NCBI GenBank assembly: GCA_001687465.1
Contig: LVLI01000043.1
Location: forward strand, 1 to 64,000
Direction: 5' to 3'
DNA: 64,000 nucleotides
From: Halocafeteria seosinensis
Lineage: Eukaryota
Numbering within the stretch: position 1 is the first letter of the stretch; every line of letters starts with the position of its first letter. The translations under genes were made by a program, and so were the position numbers. Below, piece by piece: positions 56,191-64,000 of this stretch. The notes below the pieces were generated by a model, which was given only the letters and a program-made list of their open reading frames with translations, was not told the origin of the DNA and made no database searches.

Positions 56191-57597
56191 TCAAGACAAG
56201 ATGCCGCTATCCATGCTGTTTAGAAGGTATCGCCTAGACGGCACCCGCAGTCCGAAGCAGTAGCCGTAGCTTAGGGGATTGTGGAGGAAATCGAACTCTT
56301 TGTGAGTAGTGGCACTTACTTCTGTGGACGGGATCGGTGTGGCAGCGGTCTGGTTTTGCCAGTATAGTTGCATAGCAGCTTGAGGAGTGGAAAGCAGCAA
56401 ATTTTCCTTCCTCTTGTGTCCATCAAGTTGTCGGGCGAGTTGTTGGCATTTCGAGTACTCTGGAAAGCGCTCGAGCATCGTTAGAGACGTGCTGAACAAG
56501 ATTGTCTGGCCGATGCGCCTAACATGTTCGTAATTTGTTGTGATGATAGATGCCAACCCGCTTTTCTGCAGAAGATCTTGCTGTTGGATCAATCGCTTTC
56601 CTGTGTTTGTGGAGTCTAATTGAATGAAATAGACAACCAATACTTTGCTCGCACCGTCAGCAGATGCCGTCGTGGCTGTTTCCTTCGTCGATCCTGCGAT
56701 GTATTTTATGTATCTGTCAAAAGCTAAAGGACTCATTAGAGTCTGTTTATGGTACCAAATCCTAAAGTTTTTCAGAAAGTGCCCTTTAGTTACTTTCTCC
56801 AAGTTTTGGGGAATTCTTGACCCTGCCAAGGCAAATAGCTGGACTACTGCAATGCTAGGTTCCTTCGCAACAAGAAAGTTGTAGAAGGCATAGTCGGCAT
56901 ACATTCTTGGCATTCCCCGCTCCAAGAAAAAATCTGAATCCCATAGTTTCCTTTGGTGATGTTGAAATCTCCAAGGAGAGCACTTGCCTTCCGAGCAGCC
57001 GATACGCCATGGTATTGCCGGTAGTGAAAGAGCTTCTGAGCAAGCTATCCGATGGGCTGCGTCGGCCAGCCATACTTGATGGCAGTCAGCTGATAAATCT
57101 TGATTAGGGAAATCTTTCAGCGTCATGGGAGCAAATTCCTCGAGAAAAGACTTGTTGCGAATCGAAGAGCATGTATTCTCGAATGCCTGGATAAAGTGTT
57201 CAGGCTTAAACTTCCACTCCTCTCTGAAATTGTTGAATGCGCGCTCGTGTTCTATGTATGCTTGCCGCACAAACGGAGGAACATTAGTACCGTATTCACC
57301 TGAGCTGCCATTCTTTGTACTGGACGACACGAAATGCTGAGCATACAGCAGCTTTACTAGCACGTCAAAGCGATGTGGGTGCAGTAATGCTCGGGGTGGA
57401 AGCCGACTCTCTTGAACATTAATGCATGTCGTAGAGCTTATCTCCCGTGGATTCCTTCTCTCGCCAAAGCTATTTGCCCCAGATTGACCTGTATAATACA
57501 GCTTCCGTCCTTCGGACTCCCTGGGGGCTTTATGGAAGACCATAAAAGCCATCGAGAACAGCATGAAACGCACGAGAGCTGCAGGCGTGAGTCTCAT
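56191..57597 (-). CDS. Type II membrane or secreted protein with a ParB/Srx-like domain
   Basis: Intronless 468 aa with an N-terminal hydrophobic anchor. F...CSSIRNKSF...APM...LADAAHRIACSEAL resembles the ParB/Srx pattern SI...GF...PI...DGxHR..A..L. Confidence 0.6.
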   Translation of the reverse strand: MRLTPAALVRFMLFSMAFMVFHKAPRESEGRKLYYTGQSGANSFGERRNPREISSTTCINVQESRLPPRALLHPHRFDVLVKLLYAQHFVSSSTKNGSSGEYGTNVPPFVRQAYIEHERAFNNFREEWKFKPEHFIQAFENTCSSIRNKSFLEEFAPMTLKDFPNQDLSADCHQVWLADAAHRIACSEALSLPAIPWRIGCSEGKCSPWRFQHHQRKLWDSDFFLERGMPRMYADYAFYNFLVAKEPSIAVVQLFALAGSRIPQNLEKVTKGHFLKNFRIWYHKQTLMSPLAFDRYIKYIAGSTKETATTASADGASKVLVVYFIQLDSTNTGKRLIQQQDLLQKSGLASIITTNYEHVRRIGQTILFSTSLTMLERFPEYSKCQQLARQLDGHKRKENLLLSTPQAAMQLYWQNQTAATPIPSTEVSATTHKEFDFLHNPLSYGYCFGLRVPSRRYLLNSMDSGILS

Positions 57598-57884
57598 CGT
57601 ATTCTAGTCATACTATGCAACCAATACACACACACACCGACAGAAACACTCATTAATGTTTTACGTCACCAAAAGGTGGAATGCTCTGGTGTTCATCTAT
57701 CTATTACAACTGTGTCCATGGAAATGCGAGCAACGGGCTACAAACCCTACAGAACCTGATACACTGTGTCATTATTTTGATTGCCACGAATTGTTGGTAC
57801 GGCTTAATGTGCATGATCAATGGTTAATTCTGTATATATTTGTTGGGAGGATGTATGCGTCTTTTTTCATTAGACACCAAATGA

Positions 57885-59149
57885 ATGGAATGCACAATGG
57901 CTTCTGCAACTATGCATGAGCATAGAACGGAAGAATTCATGGGACAAGATGCAGCACAAACACATGCCATGAATAGGAAGAGGACTAGCAAATCGCATTC
58001 GGAATTATATGGGAATCAGAATGAAGCTACAAATGGGAATAGCTCACCTCATACAAGAACGAAAGAGTCTCAATCAAGCTGGAACTCTCCGTTGCTATTC
58101 TTGCTTTTACTCGCGGTGCAGAATTGCAGTCAATTCCTTATGATGCGAGCTGCTCGGGAAGATAATTCGACGGAAGATCCTTCGACAAGGGTCTCTGTGC
58201 TCTTACAAGAAGTACTGAAAACTGTAGTATCTTTCGTAATGCTGGGATGGTATTCAAAGTCGATGCAGAAAGCAGCCTGTATATTCTGTGGGCAAACACT
58301 CAAGTCTCCTGTTATGGTTCTGTCGTTGGCTTTACCGGCATTGTTGTACACTCTTCAGAATGTCCTACTGTACTGGGCGGTCACTTACATAGAGGCCGCG
58401 GTGGCACAGGTGCTCTACCAAGCGAAAATCCTCAGCGCTGCTGTCTTTTCGATGTTTATGCTGAATCGCTCATTTAGTAATACTCAATTGGTGGCCCTCA
58501 CGTGCTTATTCGTGGGAACAGCCATCGTCCAGCATTCGCTCTTTGATAGCACACACACATATGTGACAGATAGAGGCACTTCCGTCGTCACGCACGATTC
58601 CTTTGAGACAGAAAAGATTAAGGGGACTCTTGCCATCGCAATAGCAGTTATGACAAGTGGATTCTGCGGATGCTATGTTGAGCGAGTGCTGAAAAGCCGT
58701 CCAATCAAGAACTTAGATTTGAGGGAGGACAGTGAAAAGGCTTTGCTATGGCTCCGCAATCTCCAATTAAGCTTCATCAGTCAGATTCTGTGTGCAGCAT
58801 CAGTGTTACTAGTTTCCCCTGTTAGTGCCGACAAAGAAGCACGTCTGTTCTCTAATTATAGTCCGATGAGTGTAGCAGTCATCTTGAATGTTTCATTGGG
58901 CGGATTACTGACTTCGATGGTAAGATGGCATGATTAATTATCTTCCTGTCAGCTCTTGGTTTACTAGTTGAGATCGCGCAGGTTATGAAATACGCAAATA
59001 ATGTCTCTAAAGGCTTTTCAACTTCCTTATCACTGGTTGCTTCTGCAACAATATCAATCATATTTTTGGGGAAATCCTTCAGTCTCGAGTTCTTTCTCGG
59101 ATCAAGTTTAGTGTTGCTGTCTACCTTACTCTACACACTGTCCAAGTGA
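57885..59149 (+). CDS. Nucleotide-sugar transporter, SLC35A (UDP-Gal / UDP-GlcNAc / CMP-Sia) family
   Basis: LLAVQN, QEVLK, LPALLYTLQN, QVLYQAKIL, SGFCGCYVERVLK, LWLRNLQL and GGLLTSM|VMKYANNVSKGFSTS. One intron at about 58920-58981. Confidence 0.92.
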
Positions 59150-59848
59150 TCTAGCATCTAGCGTCATACGGTGGGTATCGTCGACATTTTGGGTTCCTGT
59201 AACTCTCTAGACACGGAAGTGCGAAAGCTTCGTCACGGCCACTGCAATTGAGAGTGACACACCAGCTGTAAACGTCTGATACAAACGTCGCGTGCGGTAC
59301 GCACAAGAAAAGAGAATGCTAGCATAGTTGGCTGAATGGCGAGCGTGACAGAACTCAGTGTGGTTCCTATCTTTCAAGTTTCGTGTTTGTTTGACCTGGT
59401 TAGTTAAGTTCTTACGACAGCGCGAGAGTCTCGTCCTGGGGCAAGACGTGGATGCCACTGGTGTGGGAGGCGAAGCTACTTGACAGCCCCTCAACAACAA
59501 GTTCTTGACCATTAAGGTCTTATGCTATAGATACTCTCTCGTGTTCCGACGCATCATGTGGGAAAGCGGTTTGCATGCAACCTCTCTGTGGCAGAAACTA
59601 ACTGGCGTAGCGGAAGCTAACTGGCGTAACAGCCTGGTTGAATTGAATTCCTCGACGAAAAGATTGACATGTGTGGCATTCGGAGGCTTTCCACAGCCGT
59701 ATACACGATAGAATCATTATTTTTTCCAATAGGATATTTGTCATTCCCATAGACAAGAGATAGATTTATTGATTGCGCGTACAAATGCACTGTTTATAGC
59801 TGAAAAACGAGGTGATTACGTTAAAGGCGGGAAAAACGCGCGCGAAAC

Positions 59849-62470
59849 ATGCCTTCCAAAGAGGATTTGGACGATTCATCGTCTTCTTGTTCCTCATCCG
59901 ACGACGACGAAGTTGATCGAGATTCGCAAAGTAATGGCGCTTCGATGGCCGCGTCGGCCTCATCGCTCGGAAACCAGGGTCTACCGCGGAACAAAGTTTT
60001 TACGTTTCCTGATCGCGAAGCAGTCGGTGGAAAAATCGAGTTTTTCGCAAATTTCGATTCGGCGAATTTAGCGCGTGTTGAGCAAGTAAGTTAGCGTAAT
60101 TTCACTCTGCATTGGGTTTCCCTCATTTTGGAAGTCGTTGCAGAAAGATGAACTGACCTACTGGCTCTGGGTTGCTGCTGATGCGGAAGGAACGTTATAT
60201 TGTACAACTTTCAGAAGCTGGTTTTATTTTGGCCTACGGAACGTCCCCTACGGACGGAGGCTTAAATTTGTCATCCGAAACATTAATAAGCAAGGGAACC
60301 TTTACCGCCATCAACATCGGCCAGTGTACAGAGCGGTCCCGTCAATGCCTGATTGGAAACATGTACGCTTAAGAACTACATACGATTTTGATTCCGTGCA
60401 TGGGATAGTGACGTTCGAGCACACATTTGAAGATACAAAGGCAAAAGCTGTTTATTTTGCGCACTTCTTCCCCTTTAGTTACTCGGATCATAAAATTGCA
60501 CTACAGGCAGTAGAGCGGGCATTCGGAAACAAGGCCATTATGCCCCATGAGGATGAGAGCCTGGGGGTAGAAACTGGTAATCGTTTGGAACGAAGAGAGG
60601 ACGACTTTAGTAGCGCGAAGGATTCGTCAAGTGACATTTACTTTGCGAGAGAATTATTGACCAGAACACCTGAGAAACGGGAAGTGGACCTCATTACCAT
60701 AACCTCGTCAAAGGGCGCTCATGGACAACGAGAAGAAAAGTATCATCGCCCGGGCCTGTTTCCAGACTTTGGCAGAGTTGTAGGTAAAGAATATATGACG
60801 GATCAGTCTCCAGCGCAGGACGTTAACGAACCAGGAGATCCATATTCGGGTTTCTCTTTAAGCCCAGCCTCGTTTGCTAGGAAACTGGAAGTAGCCGCAG
60901 AAATCCAATCTGACGGAAACGAATTTCGCATAACTAGACCACATAGCTTCCCAGACAAACCGGTTGTTTTTATTTCCTCTCGAGTGCACCCGGGTGAGAC
61001 TCCCGCGTCGTTTGTGCTGAATGGAATACTACGGTTTTTGCTGAATGAGACAAATGAGGCGGCGAAAATGCTTCGGCAGGCGTTTGTGTTCAAGGTAAGG
61101 GTTTTTATGTTGTGGACAAGTAGCTGCCAATATTGTCATCTGGTGGCTATCTTGTGTTGCAGATAATCCCCATGCTAAATCCAGATGGTGTGGCGACTGG
61201 ACACTACCGTGCTGACTGCTATGGCGAGAATTTGAACAGACTATATCTTTCACCGGATCCGAACCAAGCACCGTCAATATATGCTGCAAAGTGCATTTTG
61301 GAAGAAACGAGGAAACAAGAGCGTTTGTTCTTATATTTAGATCTGCACGCACACGCTTCAAAAAGAGGTTGCTTCTTTTACGGAAATCATCTCTCCGATC
61401 CTGTTGACCAATTGTTCAACACTTTGTTCCCGAGATTTGTTAGTTTGTACTCGCCGCATGTAGATCTGTTTGGGAATAATTTTAGTGAAAAGAACATGAA
61501 AGCCCGCGACAAACGGGACAAAGCAGGCTCGAGCAAAGAAGGAGCGGGCCGTGTTGGTATCTATAACGTAACGGGGTGTGTTTTGTGCTACACACTGGAG
61601 TGCAACTATAACACAGATGCCCGGCCCAGCAGGCTATCAGGTATGGAGAATACTCAGGCAGCTAAGAGTTACCAATCCGACGCTCTCGAGACCTGGCGGT
61701 ATACTCCTGCCAGTTGGGAAAACGTTGGAATAGCTACGTTGCTAGGATTGCTGGACCTAGTCAGATGCAATCCCGCTTCAAGACTGGAGACATCGGAATG
61801 GAAGACGTATAGAGGGGCTCAAAAGAGTGCTTTACGTCGCCTGTGTGCCCAAAATGAATATAAAGAAGGAGCCCAAAACTTGCTTCAGGATTCAGCCCGA
61901 ATGAAGAACGAAGCATCATCGATTCCCACATTCTCCCCTTTAATGGAAAATACGTTGAATGCAGATGTCTTTGAACATTTGAAAGGCTGCTCTCAGCAAG
62001 TACCGGCTAAAGCAGGATCCTCTAGCAGTGTTTTCTCGGGGAAGAACTCTTCCTCTAGAGGGCGCGCTAGCAAAGTCAGACCTGCCCTCCGGACCTTATC
62101 CCGAGCGAGCTCCTTTTCGAGCACATCCAGTAAGACTTCCATGAGTACCGGTTCCGCCAACGCTTGTAAGGGGCTCGGTGACAAAAAAGCATTGCCATCC
62201 TCGGTATTGCAGTTTCCCCCTACTGACGCGAAAAGTGTCATCGAGAAGCCTGGCCTAACCACGTTGCAAAGGCAGCAACGGGCAGGAGTATTGTTAACGA
62301 CGCGGCAGACCAAATGCGACGTTCCAACACGACCTACCTCTTTTCTGGCAAAGCCGAAATCGACCAGCTCAATGACTGGTTCAAAGAGCAGGTTAGTGTC
62401 TAAGCCGAACGTTAACATTTTTTCGCTTCAGGCTCAAAGTAACCGGGCATCAGCTTCGGCTGCTGAGTGA
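59849..62470 (+). CDS. AGBL5: Cytosolic carboxypeptidase 5 (M14D tubulin deglutamylase)
   Basis: FFANFDSANL, RSWFYF, SSRVHPGETPASF, IIPMLNPDGV, NLNR, LDLHAHASKRGCF, SKEGAGRV and YTLECNYN. Two introns. Confidence 0.92.
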
Positions 62471-62565
62471 CTTCAGCATACGATAACAAATGATTTCACA
62501 TTGTAATTAATTTTTTAGATACATTAAGGATTTGGTAATCTATAGGCGCCTGTACAATTACTAGC

Positions 62566-64000
62566 CTAGCGACTGTCTGAAGTCCCTGTTGAGCCTCCCT
62601 CCCGTGAGTTGAGGGATCTTGAGCTAACCTTTTTCTGAAGTGTTGAGCTCTCGTGCTGAGCCTGTCGAAGCCGACTTTCCAGAGTTTGCACGGCGTCGTA
62701 AACATCGCTGATATCTCCTTTAAGTTGTCGAGTATCTGTATCGTCGTCAGGGGAAAGCTGTCCTCTGAAACTGCTAGGAGAATCCGCTTCAGGAGTAGAG
62801 GTTTGCGAGCGCCCTTCTGAAACATTATGAAGTTCATTTATCTGACGTTCATAAGCGAGACAAGACTCTTTCCACTTGCTCATCTCCTTCTTCAGCGTTG
62901 TGATTTTCTGAGTAATCGCATCAATCGTTGTCTGTTCTTCCGGATATTGCTCGCCGTTTTCCTTAGACTCAGGTACGACGCTACATAGATCAGAATGTAT
63001 ATCGGTCAAACTTCCCTCCATCGATTCTATTCTCTGACGCAGGTTTGAAGCCTCTTGTTCCAATTTCCTGCGGCGTTGCTTTTCTTCTTCGACAAGTTCA
63101 TCCAGCTTGTCTGCTCTTTCCGTCTCTTCACCTCGTCGTCGCGCTTCCTCTGACAATTTTTCGTCACGAGTTTCCAACTCCTTTTTCAGATCTTCGGTTT
63201 CTTGCTCCAGTAAGTCGTTTTTCCGTTTCAAAGAATCTATTTCTTTTTCTAATTCCGTTACTTTAGCCTCCGCTTGCGCTGTCAACCCTTTCTGTTGCTG
63301 CAACTCGTACCGGCACTGACGGACATTATTCTCGAGCTCATCGTTCTGGCGTTGCAGCCGCTTTACTTCCTTTGTGTCAGAATAGTTGAAATTTGATTCC
63401 CTCTCTGACCGTAGTGATTCCAACTCTACAGTTAATCGGGACAGACGAGATTCGAGCTGATCTCGCTCGTCTGAAGTCTCCTCTGCTTGGTCCAACACCG
63501 CTCGCAGGTCATCAGTAGCTTGCTGTGCATCGTCATAGTATTGATCTCTTTCTTCCTTAGTACTCTGCAATTCGGCTTCTAGATGTGAAGAGCCTTGTTC
63601 TAGACTGCGTACACGCCGTTCGTATGCTGATTCTGTCTCTGCTAGCTTTCCTTTTAATTCCTGTATTCTCCTGTCATAATCTCTTCTCTCATCCTCAAAC
63701 TTCTCAGCCTCTTGTTGAGCGAGCTCAAGACGCTCTTGGTATCCATCGCACCGCTTTTTCAGCACTGTTTCTCGTTGAGCGAGTACTCGAGTATGTTCAT
63801 TTGCTCCTTCCAAACTTGTTATTGCCTTTTCCAATGCCGTAGTTAGCTGTTTGCGTTTAGACGATAACTTATTGACCTCGCTCTCAAAACTTGACAACTG
63901 CGATTCCAAATCTTGGATTCGAAATCGCTGCTGTTGGTTAATTTTTTTCTGCTCGCAAACCTCGAGATGAAGGGCTTCCACTGACTTTGTGCTTTCTTGC
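62566..64000 (-). CDS. Long coiled-coil protein, 5' end outside the window
   Basis: An ORF of at least 470 aa made of continuous E/K/R/Q/L heptads that runs off the window edge. Confidence 0.8.
   Translation of the reverse strand, partial: QESTKSVEALHLEVCEQKKINQQQRFRIQDLESQLSSFESEVNKLSSKRKQLTTALEKAITSLEGANEHTRVLAQRETVLKKRCDGYQERLELAQQEAEKFEDERRDYDRRIQELKGKLAETESAYERRVRSLEQGSSHLEAELQSTKEERDQYYDDAQQATDDLRAVLDQAEETSDERDQLESRLSRLTVELESLRSERESNFNYSDTKEVKRLQRQNDELENNVRQCRYELQQQKGLTAQAEAKVTELEKEIDSLKRKNDLLEQETEDLKKELETRDEKLSEEARRRGEETERADKLDELVEEEKQRRRKLEQEASNLRQRIESMEGSLTDIHSDLCSVVPESKENGEQYPEEQTTIDAITQKITTLKKEMSKWKESCLAYERQINELHNVSEGRSQTSTPEADSPSSFRGQLSPDDDTDTRQLKGDISDVYDAVQTLESRLRQAQHESSTLQKKVSSRSLNSREGGSTGTSDSR

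Overview
Gene-dense nuclear DNA from a unicellular eukaryote. Evidence: short GT-AG introns of about 60-130 nt, roughly balanced GC, and a tubulin deglutamylase that suggests a flagellated protist; a stramenopile is plausible but cannot be shown from this window. About 22 protein-coding loci are supported: a catalytically degenerate family-I pyrophosphatase homolog, a DUF4349 protein, MMAB, RAB5IF, an acid lipase, a PDZ-ELM2-SANT-PHD chromatin protein, a 19-exon ankyrin protein, two tandem Cys-rich ABCG transporters, a UBR1-type N-recognin, DHRS12, a PH-domain protein, a P-loop ATPase, a GAD/CSAD-type decarboxylase, a ParB/Srx-like membrane-anchored protein, an SLC35A transporter, AGBL5/CCP5 and several hypothetical proteins. 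The most notable observations are: (1) an ankyrin gene whose 18 introns are all phase 0, with essentially one repeat per exon, fused to an unrecognised C-terminal domain; (2) a 401-bp foldback palindrome just upstream of it; (3) an AT-rich island at about 35.7-38.2 kb with tightly packed, intronless, virus-style ORFs, including D5-like winged-helix and clan-CE protease remnants, probably an endogenous viral relic; (4) a pseudo-pyrophosphatase with a mitochondrial-type leader; (5) a ParB-like type II membrane protein head-to-head with a nucleotide-sugar transporter. Exon structures were inferred by hand from splice consensus and reading frame. No database searches were run, and no rRNA, tRNA or CRISPR array was recognised.
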